Part shown: piece by piece, positions 48,301 through 60,767 of the stretch
Numbering within the stretch: position 1 is the first letter of the stretch
Layout of the letters: the number at the start of each line of letters is the position of its first letter
Assembly: GCA_030704615.1 (NCBI GenBank)
Contig: CM060733.1
Coordinates: 32,426,001 to 32,490,000, forward strand
Direction: 5' to 3'
DNA: 64,000 bases
From: Takakia lepidozioides
Taxonomy: Eukaryota; Plantae; Bryophyta
The notes under the pieces: generated by a model
What the model was told of the DNA's origin: nothing
Seen by the model: the letters and a program-made list of their open reading frames with translations, nothing else
Database searches by the model: none
Program-made: the position numbers and the translations under genes

Positions 48301-49589
48301 TGTTCATCCATGTGGTTGATTTCATCAACAGATATTATGGCAATTGTGACTTCATCTGACAGTTCCGATAGATGTAGTCTATACTCCACCCTCATACTCC
48401 AATTTAATTCCAATTGTTTTTTTATCAGTCCCAGTGTAGATCCAAACATTGACTTTACTTTTTCAATCCATATTGTTTTCTCTGGAGAGTCGAAACGGAC
48501 AAGGTGGGCCCACGGGGGCATTTCAGACGGCATGCAGAAGTGGGGTCAACGACTCCGGAGTCATAGCAAAAATCCGGGCTATTTAATTAATTGCATAAAT
48601 ACATAAAATTTGAAAAAGTGAAAATTACAAGTGGTTCTAATTACTGCACATGCGACTAGAAAATTTTCATTCATAATTTGATTTATGGAATAAAGATATT
48701 TATTCATTAAAGTGAATATGTAGTCGACTCAACGATTCCATGAACCACTGCGCATTGATTGCACCCGTGATTGGGGGCCACATTTGTTGACGTGTGTTTC
48801 ACAAAAACAGGTAAAGAAAATGTGGCCTTGGGGAATATATATTTTAATATGTACTGCCTCCACCTGGAAGTGACATGGAAAGTCCATGGTGACATCGTGA
48901 AAACTGGAATTGTAGGGTTTGTCGTTCTGAACACCGCCCTGGTGGACATGTATGCCGAATGGGGTCGAAGATGCGAAGGTAGTGTTCAACTGTGGCTCAA
49001 CGAGATGTGGTGTCGTGGAGTGCGATGATCGCATTGGCAGCAAGGCAAGGATGTATGCATGATTGTGCAGAGGCAGTGATAGCTGAAGGATCAAGATAGA
49101 GTGTAGGTCCATATTCATCCAAGAGGGTCGGATTTCAAGCTCCAGATTACCTATGGATCCCTCTGAAGGATAGCTACAAGAAACCTCCAGGGGTAGATGG
49201 TTAGCTGGAAGCGGCAGCTGTAGCGGCACAGTTGATAAAATCAGGCACCTCAACCATGACCACAACTTCTGGAAGAGGATCAAGCGAGGGAGTCCACAAT
49301 GCCTCTTCTGGCACTTATGGGCATGTGAAGATGCTTTATGAGGCAGACAGACTGAAAGAGGCTCTACAAACTTTAAACCAAAGAGGCATTTCAGCAGATG
49401 TAGATACGTATGTGTGTCTCTTGCATAAGTGCATCAAGATGAAAGGCCTATAAGTTGGAAAGCAGGTGCACACTCACATTGTCCAAAGTGGATTCACGCC
49501 GAGCGTTTTTCTACTCAACAACCTTGTCAACATGTATGTTAAGGGGAGCATCATGGATGATCACCAAGTGTTCAACACAAAATGCCTCA

Positions 49590-49760
49590 ATGACAGGTTG
49601 AAGGTTGTTCTCACCACTGCTCCAGTCCTTATGTTTCTCAATTTTCACATGTCTTTCAAGATGCAAACAAATGTTTATGATGTTGCCATCTCTGCTATTT
49701 TGTGTCAAATAGTTGATGGGAAGGAGCATGTCATTGCTCGTGCCTCTAAGAAGGACCAAA
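49590..49760 (+). mobile_element. Ty3 RT-RNase H connection fragment inserted in the PPR pseudogene
   Basis: LKVVLTTAPVL...QTNVYDVAISAILCQ...EHVIARASK. Confidence 0.75.
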
Positions 49761-50449
49761 ATAGACGTTACCAGCACAGTTTTAGATAACTGCAATTGAT
49801 GGTGTCATCAATTAAAATTGAATTAACTCATTAAAACCAGCAAATATATATGTCATTAGATTCCCAGCTTCAAGACGCACCCATAGCAACTCTCCAATCA
49901 TGAATCTGATAAGAAATGACTCCGCTATGGACTTTTGAACACCGTCATTGTGGACTATTACCGCAATGAATGGAATTACAATGGACTCAAGTTCTCCTAT
50001 GTGCCATTGGAGTTTAGAGATAAGGTGGCCATTTTGGTCCACATCATAAGTATGGATTTGAAGTGGCAAAATCATTTGTCATTTGACTCATATAATAGGT
50101 GTTTTTTGAAAAGTCCATAGCTCATTTGTTTTTTGGATTTTGGGTGTCATTTGTTTTCTAGAAGTATAAAATTCTATAATCTTCAATGGCTAGGTCTTTG
50201 ATCACGTGGAATATAATGTTGGCAGGATTACCAAGCATGGGCGTGGTACAAATGCTTTGGAGACATGTGCGCAAATGATGCGCGAAGGGGTGGAGCCCAA
50301 CCACATCGCGTTTGTATGTGTTTGCAATGCGTGTGCAAGCCTGGAAAAGGGGAACAAGGTCCATGGTGACATCGGTCAAAGTTGGAATTGCACCGGATGT
50401 CATTTTGAACACTGCCCTGACCTGGACATGTATGCCAAATGTGGATGCA

Positions 50450-52350
50450 TTGAGGATGCAAAGGGAGTTTTTGACACTATGGCTGAACGAGATGTGGTGT
50501 TGTGGAGTGCGATGCTTGCAGGGTATGCACAACAGGGACGTGGGATGGAGGCTTTGGAGACCTATGATCCAATGATGGGGGAGGGGGTGAAGCCCGACCA
50601 CTTTGTGTGCATTTGCAATGCTTGTGCAAGCCTGGCAGCCCTGGACAAGGGTAAAGAGGTGCATGGGGATATCATCAAAGCTGGAATTGTACCAAATGTC
50701 ATTCTAAACACTGCCTTGGCAGCTCTGGAAAAGGGGAAAGAGGTCCATGGCGACATCTTCAGAGCTGGAATTGTACCAAATGTCAGTCTGAACCATACCC
50801 TGGTGGACAAGTATGCGAAATGTGGGTGCATCGAGCCTGGACGAGGGCAAAGAGGTGCATGGGGTATCATCAAAGCTGGAATTGTACCAAATGCCATTAT
50901 GAACACTGCCCTGGCACCTCTGGAAAAGGGGAAAGAGGTCCATGGCCACATCTTCAGAGCTGGAATTGTACCAAATGTCATTTTGAACCATACCCTAGTG
51001 GACATGTTTGCAAAATGTGGGTGCAAAGGGATCTAGGATCTAGGATGCAAAGGGAGTGTTCGACACTATGGCTGAACGAGATGTGGTGTCATGGAGTGCG
51101 ATGCTTGCAAGGTATGCACGGCAGGGACGTGGGATGGACGCACCTATGAGCAAAGGATGGGGGAAGCACATCATGTTTGTGTGCATTTGCAATGCTTGTG
51201 CAAGCCTGGCAGCCCTGGAGAAGGGCAAGAGGTGCATGGGGATATCATCAAAGCTGGAATTGTGCCAAATGTCAATTTGAACACTGCCCTAGCAGCTTTG
51301 GAAAAGGGGAAAGAGGTCCATGGTGACATCTTCAGAGCTGGAATTGTACCAGATGTCATTCTGAACAATAGCCTAGTGAACATGTTTGCAAAATGTGGGT
51401 GATGTAGGATGCAAAGGGAGTGTTCGACACTATGGCTGAACGAGATGTGGTGTCGTGGAGTGCGATGCTTGCAGGGTATGCACGGTAGGGACGTGGGATG
51501 GAGGCTTTGGAGAGCTATGAGCAAATGATGGGGGAAGCACATCATGTTTGTGTGCATTTGCAATGCTTGTGCAAGCCTGGCAGCCGGCCTGGAGAAGGGC
51601 AAGAGGTGCATGGGGATATCATCAAAGCTGGAATTGTGCCAAATGTCAATCTGAACACTGCCCTGGCAGCTTTGGAAAAGGGGAAAGAGGTCCATGGTGA
51701 CATCTTCAGAGTTGGAATTGTATCAGATGTCATTCTGAACAAAACCCTGGTGAACATGTTTGCAAAATGTGGGTGCATCTAGGATGCAAAGGGAGTGTTC
51801 GACACTATGGCTGAACGAGATGTGGTGTCGTGGAGTGCGATGTTTGCATGGTATGCACGGCAGGGACGTGGGATGGAGGCTCTGGAGAGCTATGAGCAAA
51901 TGATGGGGGAAGCTCATCATGTTTGTGTGCATTTGCAATGTGCGTGCAAGCCTGGCAGCCCTGGAGAAGGGCAAGAGGTGCATAGGGATATCATCAAAGC
52001 TGGAATTGTGCCAAATGTCAATCTGAACACTACCCTGGTAGCCTTGGAAATGGGGAAAGATGTGCATGGCGACATCTTCAGAGCTGGAATTGTACCACAT
52101 GACATTCTGAACAATATGATGTGCTTGCAGGGTATGCACAGCAAGGATGTGGAATGGAGGCTTTGGAGACCTATGAGCAATGGAAGCACATCATGTTTGT
52201 GTGCATTTGCAATGCTTGTGCAAGCCTAGCAGCCGGCCTGGAGAAGGGCAAAGAGGTGCATGGGGATATCATCAAAGCTGGAATTGTACCAAATGTCAAT
52301 CTGAACACTGCCCTGGCAACTTTGGAAAAGGGGAAAGAGGTCCACATGGC
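50450..52350 (+). repeat. Tandem duplications of a ~365-375 bp PPR-coding unit
   Basis: GATGCAAAGGGAGT(G/T)TT(C/T)GACACTATGGCTGAACGAGATGTGG at ~50455, 51043, 51408 and 51783. Confidence 0.85.
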
Positions 52351-53539
52351 GACATCTTCAGAGCTGGTGAATGCCTGTCAGATTACCAGATGCAAAGAGG
52401 TGCATTGTTGCATCGCCAAAGGCAGTAGCTGCAGCGGCACAGTTGATAAAGTCAAGCACCTCAACCATGACCACAACTTCTGGAAGAGGATCAAGAGAGG
52501 GAGTCCACAATGCCTCTTCTGGCACTTATGGGCATGTGAAGATGTAGACTGAAAGAGGCTCTACTGACTTTAAACCAAGGAGGCATTTCAGCAAATTCAG
52601 ATACGCATGTCTGTCTTTTGCATAAGTGCATCAAGATGAAAGGCCAAGTGAAGCTAGAAAGCAGGTGCACACTCACATTATCCAAAGTGCACGCCAAATA
52701 TTTTTCTACTCAACACCCGTGTCAATATGTATGTTATGTGCGGGAGCATCATGGATGCTCACCAAGTGTTCAACATAATGCCTCAACGATGTTTCATCAC
52801 GTGGAACACGATGCTTGCAGGGTGTGCACAGCAGGGGCGTGGTATGGAGGCCTTGGAGAATGTGGTGAGGGCACCTTCTTCTTCGACCTATTTCAGCCTG
52901 TTTTTCCCTCTCATCAGACTCGGCCCTGAATTTACATATTGAATCGTCGAGGACAATGTGGTGAGGGCTCTATGGTGGTTTGGAATGACTATGACAAGTA
53001 ACTGTCGATGTGGCAGCAGAAAAGTATCCAAAATAGATAACAGAGATGAGGAGAAGGTGTGGAATGAATACTTTGTTGACCCCAGTGAATGGTGGAACAA
53101 TCGAGGCAAAAAATTGAATGCCTATTAGATGACAGAGAGTAGCAGACGTAATTCAGCATAGGAACTAGTGTGATTGGGTGTTTCCTAGGTTGTCATTGTC
53201 AGCTGCTAGCAGCAAGGGCAAGGATGAATGCATGATTTGTGCAGAGGCATGGATAGCTGAAGGAGAAGGGATAGAGTGTGGGTCCAGATTCATCCAAGAG
53301 GGCCGGACTTCAAGCTCCAGATTACCTGTGATTCCATGTGGATCAATAGCTACAAGAAACCTAAATGGGTAGATGGTCAACTAAAGGTAATAGTTGCAAC
53401 GGCACAGTTGATAAAATCAGGCACGTCCTTAACCATGACCGCAACTTCTGAAAGAGGATCAAGAGAGGGAGTCCACAATGCCTTTTCTGCGGGGCATGTG
53501 AAGATGCTTTGTGAGGCAGACAGACTGACAAAGGCTCTA

Positions 53540-54264
53540 TGTCGCGGACCTTTGCCTTGAGGGCAGGGGGTCGGGACACATGAGGAGCTGCCCCTGTGGT
53601 GGGGGCAGCGGTAGCGATAGGTATGGGGGGCTGAAGCACCCTTGAGTGCCCAAGGCACTCAAGGAGGCGGAGGCGCTCACTAGGTGGAGCCCCGCACACC
53701 GGGTTGCGGTGGGGGTGGCTCCACAAGGGGTGGTGGTAGCTTAGCGGGACTTAGTGGGGGTGGCATAGGACTCACCATGGGGGCGGAGACCTCGTGGTGG
53801 GAGTCGTGGGGAGTCTTGGGACTCATCACGGTCCATAAGGGCCGTGGTGAGTGGGCCAAGACTCACCGCGACTCATCACCGGGAGTCGAGGGTTTTCGTG
53901 GTGGTTCGCCATAAAATGGCATGGCTGGTTGTGAAACCCCCGCGGACAGCTACAAAAGTATATATAGGGAGTAGTAACCCCGAGAACGGTGCAAGCCCGT
54001 TGGTGACCAAAAACTAGTGAGTAAGCGAGCGAGCCGGAAAGTGACCAAAGAGTGGGGAGCTGTTCCGGACTGCCATCTACCAAAGGGAATTCCACTAGTC
54101 CCAAATAGGTGGAGGGTTTAGTGGGAAGCGAAGGGGGACCGTTATGTCCCGGTGAGCAGCCGAAGCTCCAAGTTGGCCCGGCGGCCAGGTTGGGAGTCAG
54201 GCGCGCGTATCAAAGCGAGTAACTATGACGTGAAGGGGAGCTTACCGAAGGGAGGTGCGCGACA
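53540..54264. mobile_element. GC-rich solo-LTR-like insertion
   Basis: Ends TGTCGCG...CGCGACA, internal TATATATA at ~53958; interrupts the PPR N-terminal coding sequence; no TSD (adjacent deletion). Confidence 0.6.
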
Positions 54265-55395
54265 CTGCTCTAGGTCTGGAAGCTGGAATCAGGTGCACAC
54301 TCACATTATCCAAAGTGGATTCATGCCAAATGTTTTTTCTACTCAACACCCTTGTCAACATATATGTTAAGTGCGGGAGCATCATGGATGCTTGCCAAGA
54401 TTTCTACAGAATGCCTCAGCGATCTTTGATCATGTGGAATATAATGTTGGCAGGATTTACCAAACATGGGTGTGGTAGGAATGCTTTGGCAACCTATGAG
54501 CAAATGTTGCACAAAAGGGGTGCCCAACCACATCACGCTTCCGCATGTTTGCAATGCGTGTGCAAGCCTAGGACCTCTAGAAAAGGGGAAAGAGGTCCAT
54601 GGTGACATCATCAAAGCTGGAATTGTACCAGATGTCATCCTGAACACTCCCCTGGTGGACATCTATGCCAAATGTGGGTGCATTAAGGATGCGAAGTGAG
54701 TTTTCAACACTATGGCTGAACCAAATGTGGTGTCATGGAATGCGATGCTTGCAGGGTATGCATAGCAGGGACATGGTATGCAGGCTTTGGAGACCTATGA
54801 TCAAATGATGGGGGAAGGGGGCGCACCTTCTTCAATAGCACAACGGCTACAAGTGGGTAGATGGTCAACTGGAAACAGCAATGGTAGCAACACAATTGAT
54901 AGATTAAGGCCCACTGCTAATGAAGGTACCTTCTTCAACATATTTCACCCTGTTTTCCCCTGCTATCAGAGTCGTCCCTAAATTTTCATGTTGAATTCTA
55001 CAAGTTAGTTCGTTGGTGGATCTAAGGTGGTGTTGGAGTGATTTTGACATGTTACTGCCAATGTATAAGTCGTACTTGAACCCAAAGTCGCTCGGTATCT
55101 TCCTTCCAAAATATAAAGCGCTCGTCGACCCATACAAGGACAGGTTTCTTCTGGATGAACTCAAACCGCACCTGGAAGAGTTGCGGTTATTCGGAAAAGA
55201 CGCTGATATATTCAACGTGGAAAAACCCATAAGATGTCCACCGTATAATGACCTAAAGGTCAAATGCCTCTTGCTATGGGATTTGCAGTGGCAGGTTTAT
55301 CTTGTAAAACAAAAATTTCCTGACGCTTCATTGGAACAGTTTGAAACGTAGATGGCTGCTCTAGATTTTCATGAACCTCGACTGTCCAGTGGACG

Positions 55396-56094
55396 TTGCT
55401 CCCAATGTCAATCCTGTCCTTGGTTTATCTTGATTACCACCTGAGTGGATGTATGAATTTCTCACATATTGCAGCACCAGTTTCTCCAGTTGCGAAAGGA
55501 TTGCGCTTGATAATTTTTGACCTGAATGGAGTTTTGTGCAAAGTCTGGAAGCACCAGAAGAGCTACAGTGTCTCCCGAATGTCCGAGACAGACTATAGGA
55601 TAACAACTCTTGTTGGATTTCGACTTCTCTATAGGTGGGAAAAATATCGTGAGATGTGGACAGAGTTGAACAAACATTTCCGTCTAGGTATATGGAGCTG
55701 CATGATGTACAAGAACTTGCAGCCTATCCTGGACTTTATGCTTCGGGGTCTTCCTCAGCCGACATTCGTTATGTCTCAGGAAGATTGTATCTCTTGTCCT
55801 ACTTCTGTCCACCCTCAATTTATATCAGGATATGACCCGCCGAGTCTGTTCTTGAAGCCATTGATGACGGTCTGGCAAAGATTTGGTGGTCAGTACAACC
55901 CGAGTAACACTCTACTTATTGACGATTCAGCTATTAAGTATGTGTTGAACCCGCCTGAATCCTGCCTGATTCTAAAATCGTTTGAATCCGTTGAGATGGA
56001 CTCTTGCTATCTCCAGAAGGTTCTTCAGAAATATTTGCTTGAAATGAAGAAATCTCATACCGTTTCCAGTTATCTCAGGGAAAAGAGGATATGA
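55396..56094 (+). CDS. FCP1/NIF-like HAD phosphatase domain protein
   Basis: LIIFDLNGVLC, GIWSCM, FLKPL, YNPSNTLLIDDS..K..LNP; the start codon is uncertain. Confidence 0.75.
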   Translation: MLPMSILSLVYLDYHLSGCMNFSHIAAPVSPVAKGLRLIIFDLNGVLCKVWKHQKSYSVSRMSETDYRITTLVGFRLLYRWEKYREMWTELNKHFRLGIWSCMMYKNLQPILDFMLRGLPQPTFVMSQEDCISCPTSVHPQFISGYDPPSLFLKPLMTVWQRFGGQYNPSNTLLIDDSAIKYVLNPPESCLILKSFESVEMDSCYLQKVLQKYLLEMKKSHTVSSYLREKRI

Positions 56095-57823
56095 CTTAAG
56101 CCTTGTCAGAATGTTTCCACCGATCCCAAGTTTAAGCCTCTCCTGGATTATGTTGATGATTCTAATTACGGGAATCTCCGATATGATGCTTCAAAATAAA
56201 GATTTTATTGATCAACCACGTCTGTGATTCAATGTTTATTTTTTATTGGTTTTTTTATAGGTTGTATTGTTTTTCTAGAAAAATTGTCGTGTACTGTGAT
56301 TTCCTTTTCAATCTGAATTGACATGGAATTGTTTGCTATTTCCTAGTCTCATCCATGCGTTTCTCCACCCCATACCATCCCGATTCTCTGAGATACAGGC
56401 CTTCTCCGAAACTCGTCTCGGGGGCTTTTTCAAATCCGACAACCTCTACTGTGCAGTGGAGGTTAACCCGTGTCTGTACATTGACCTTGTAAGTTCGTTT
56501 CTGCAGGTTCATGGCGATGCTGCTGATGCCAACTTCTTGTCGGGACCTCCATTGGATTCCTCCATATCAGAAATTTGTCTACAGAGGGACAACATTCACA
56601 CTACTGTAGAGATTTATGTCATCGACGGTGAAGCATCATCCAGGCACTTGGCTTCCATTCAATTGCATGACCCTCTTCTTCAGTCCATTCCTGAAAAGGA
56701 TGTTCTGTCGCAGGATTGTTTAGGATTGAATATCGAAGATGGAAGCCAACTTGACAAATGTGCAGGGGATTTCGTGGACCTCACTCTACAATCCTCACCC
56801 TCCGTGTTAAGTGTCAATGGTGTGAAATCTACCTCGAGAATGTCATCCGTTGATGACGCGGCTGAGGCTGCGGCTCCGCAGCACAATGTTGCATCTCTTC
56901 CCTCCTTCTCTCCCCACCACGAAGGTTGGACAGCCCAAATCAGAAGGAGTCAGGTAAAATTACTTATATCTGAATTCTAACTCGTCCTTTTGTTTTCCTT
57001 AGTACTAGGTCTGATGTTCTTGTTTTACTGTAGGCCATAAAATCTGCGGATTGTGACATTCTTGTCAAACGACGTCTTCATTGGAAATCTATTCCGAGAT
57101 AATCCCTTCGTTACGTTTGAATTCCATTCAGGATGTGGAGTGCTCAAGGGACAATTTCCATTCCATTCCCCTTCTCCGAAACCTTTTTGACGAGGACAAA
57201 GACGAAACTTCAATTGCAACTTCTGGGCTTCCCGACCCTGCAGTGTTGGCGCAATGTTCTGCACCGAGGAAGCGGAATAGGTCCCCCAAACCATTTCCAT
57301 CTCTTCTACAAATCGGTTCCACCGGAGAGAAATCCTTCGTCAGAGACAAAGCAGACTCGAGGAAGAAAAGGCATACCTCGGACATACCGGGGTCTCGTCA
57401 AAACACATCCATTGGGATGCCAAGCCCGCTAGCGAGACTTTCCAATAAGGCGACATCAGTATTATTCGATATCATTTCTCCATTTTTTTCTTTTTTCTGT
57501 TCGTTTGGTTATGCACTAATTAACTCCATCTTTTCTCAACAGGCGGGGATGCAGCACGATACCTTCATCAATTTCCCTCCGTATATAACCTGAACCTCCA
57601 CTTGGCAGTCGATGTTCCTCTTCTTAGCAATATTCACCCTCCTCTTGAAACATTCCAAGCCCATAACATTGTGCAGTATTTTGCCATTTTCTGCACAATC
57701 GTGTTGATATTCCATACACTCAATCATTCTGGGTCGTGGGTATTTTTCATGGCAAAAACACTAATGTCAGTGTGTGATTAACCTGCTCATCCTTTACATG
57801 CAACAGCGGGGAAGAGGAAACGG

Positions 57824-58520
57824 ATGTTGTTAATTTTGAGTGTCAACGGACTCCTCTGCTACTGGCCACCCCCAACCGGCGGTGAACTGTTTAAGGAGAA
57901 ATTTCGTTTCAGGAATGTGACACTTCAAGTTCCTGACAGACCGTTTGTGGTGCCTCGGCCTGGAGTCTTGGAGTTTCTGGACCTTGCATTGAAGCATTTT
58001 CACGTGGCCATTTGGTCATGTGCTGATAGAGGTGTTATTTGTAGGATGTTGGAGAGTTTCGTCCCCACGAAAATAGCGAAGAAGTTTTGCTTCATATGGT
58101 CTGCTGAGGATTGTAAAGATACCACCGGTTATATTAGGCCCGAGATGAAATATCTCGTGAAGGATATTCGAAGTGTTATTGTCAGGTACCCTGGTAGACC
58201 GTTTGCTACGCAGGGGCAAATACTTCTTGTAGATGATGAGCCATCAAAAGGCCTGCGAAACCCACAAAATACTGGATTCTTCCCTTTCTCATTCAAGCCT
58301 TCACCAAACGGATTGCATGACTAGGATGATATGACAAAAGCAGTGTTGCCATATATATCGGAGATGGTTGGAGCTTCAACAGTCGTTGATTACATTAGCG
58401 AGAACTGGGCAAAGTGTTCTCATAAGCCTATTGGTCGAGACCATGCCTACTGGGCTTGGTATGGAAGATATCTTGATCCTCGTATTTGGATCCCACAACA
58501 AAAGGAACCTGATTACCTTG
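57824..58520 (+). pseudogene. Second FCP1/NIF-like domain (motif I altered, in-frame stop at 58322)
   Basis: LLILSVNGLLC, PRPGVLEFL, VAIWSCA, LVKDI, ILLVDDEPSKGLRNP. Confidence 0.72.
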
Positions 58521-60006
58521 GTAGGCACGTGGATCCCATTCTTCTTTTGTTTGTTCATAATTTGATTTTCCAATTCTTTTGCAGCTGCATTTGCACTCTT
58601 ACCTCAACATATCCATATGCAAAACTTCCACTTTGAGCCTAACATTTGTCATTTCCATCGCTTGTCCCCAGTTACATTCAAGGAACGAATTCTAAAAGAG
58701 GAACAAGAGCTGCGTGATTGGGAAGAATGGCGGGCGTGCCGGGAGGCTTCAAGGGCATCAAGTAGAGTTGGCAGTAACATTTCAGATGACAATGTCAGCT
58801 GGTTTCACCTTCCTGAAAGTATCTCCGTGTCCTCTGGAGCGGAGACCGTTGCAAGTGGTTGTGGTAACCAGAGGCGTCTTCGGACACATGCCTTGACTGC
58901 GAGCCGTTTGGGAGGAGGCTCAGTATTATTAATGAGTTAGTATAAGCCGTAACGGTTCTATGGCTTCAGAATCTATGGCTTGTATGGCATTGAGTCCATG
59001 AACGGATGGACAGTTGATGTTCATTTTTCTGTTGCTCCATCGCCTTGAATGATATAATCTCAAATAAAATATGAATGTTTCATATCATCAATCAGGTCCC
59101 GACAGACTCGTTTTTCCATGTTGTCCTCTTCATCACATGCCATCATTGTTTCATATTTGGTTCTGCCATTATTCCATGTTTGTTTTTGTATGTCATTTTG
59201 GATATCGGAGCTCTCATCATTGTTTGATTCATTGCATCCTCCCATTCCTTTTAATGAACGTCAACTTGGCAGTGGATGTTCATCTAAGACCACAATACGT
59301 ACTTGTATTTTTGCGTAGAATGTGTGGAGGATTACATAATTTGTTGTTATATAGTGCACAAATAGTCAAATAATTATAGATATATCTCTTTATTTCTATT
59401 ATAGATTATAATTATTCATATATCTTGTATTATTTCTGGACCAAACAAAAGTCCAGAATTAGTTAAAATAGAGTTATCAACGCAGCCCCTTGAGAGAATC
59501 AAAATCTAAATGAGCCTGAAATTTTGAACTTCGAAGCTTGCGATGCCATTAGTTGATGTCTTCATGTCGCTCAGTGGGAGAGGGCCAATGATTAGAGCAT
59601 AAGCGGCAACGTTGAAACAGGAGGGGGGGATTCCGCGCGTCGAGGCAAGGAGTCGGAGACATCATCTCTGGGGGCTTCCCTCTTTCCATTTTTTTCATAC
59701 TACTATAACATGAAATCGGCACCGATTTGTATTGTTGGATGCGGTTGTCCATCAAATTATACCCACATTCCGTACAAATCTGCATGGATGGTGCTTGAAA
59801 AGTAATATCTAAAATTTGAAATCGACACAAACTTGTGCAATGTATACATGATATGGTGGATTTAAAGGTTTCTTTCGTTTTCTGTAAGTCCAATATTTTC
59901 TCTTAAAACATCATTTTTTAATTTATAACCGTCGATATAATGCCAATATGATAGTAATTTGCCACTTTATACAATGTAGTGTGACAGTTTATTTTTTCGA
60001 AATTTT

Positions 60007-60767
60007 CCGGTGTTTGGCGGTTATTTGTGTAAACAAAGAACAGTCAGTTTTGGTTCTAATTGAATGAGGCATTTGAAAGATCCTTAGGAGGCGGTTCTTT
60101 ATCATTATGGATTATTTGGAGAACCTGCGGTTACGGGTCTTTGGCAGTATGGCACATGAGGTTATGAGGCGGAGGTGGTTATCTCAACATCTTATTGGTT
60201 ATAAAGTCCGGTTTTCTCAAAGATACCTTACCCCTTTTGGTTATGTCTCTTTGATTCCATACTCTACACTTACGTTCAACATTTACCAAAATTTATATTC
60301 ATGACACAACACAATCAGTTTTATGAGACTAACAAAAATTGCACAAGTAACATTCATTTGTTGCTAACATGGTAAGCATATACTTAGAGCAACCACCTTC
60401 ATGTTCTTCCTATCAACTGCTGAAAACCACCACAAAATTAAGTCGATATTGACATCAAATACACCACATACCACCTAACTGCTGTACAAATGAAATAACA
60501 AATCCTTTGGTTATATAAACAGGTTTGAGCCGGTGTTCATGCAAATAACTTGAAGGAGATTCAAAGCTTTTGTTGGATCCGGGTCTGATCTTTCAGAGTT
60601 CTTCAAATTAGGTTATGGGGCGGGGGCGGGTACTCGGCCACTTCAGAACAGTCGGTTCCTTCCAGAACAGGCCGGTCTTTCAAAAAGTTGCCCCCGGCGG
60701 TGAAGTGCATATATAACCGGTTGATACCCGCCGGGCTCTGTCCTCATTTATAACCGCCCAACACTGG
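60007..60767. mobile_element. Putative non-autonomous TIR element
   Basis: CCGGTGTTTGGCGGTTAT versus ATAACCGCCCAACACTGG form a 16/18 inverted match; internal CGGTT repeats; no TSD seen. Confidence 0.5.

Larger units (their letters stand above)
48860..55005 (+). pseudogene. Array of degenerate PDF-PPR gene copies
   Basis: PLS motifs (DMYAKCGCIEDA, DVVLWSAMLAGYAQQG, KGKEVHGDIIKAG) with many frameshifts; PDF exons at ~49110-49205 and 53045-53385; the linker SGTSTMT..SGRGS.EGVHN is shared with the 708-aa PPR. Confidence 0.88.

Noticed and set aside
7407-59280. 24-bp palindromes as a CRISPR-like array
   Set aside because: Irregular spacing of hundreds of bp to kb, eukaryotic context and no cas genes.
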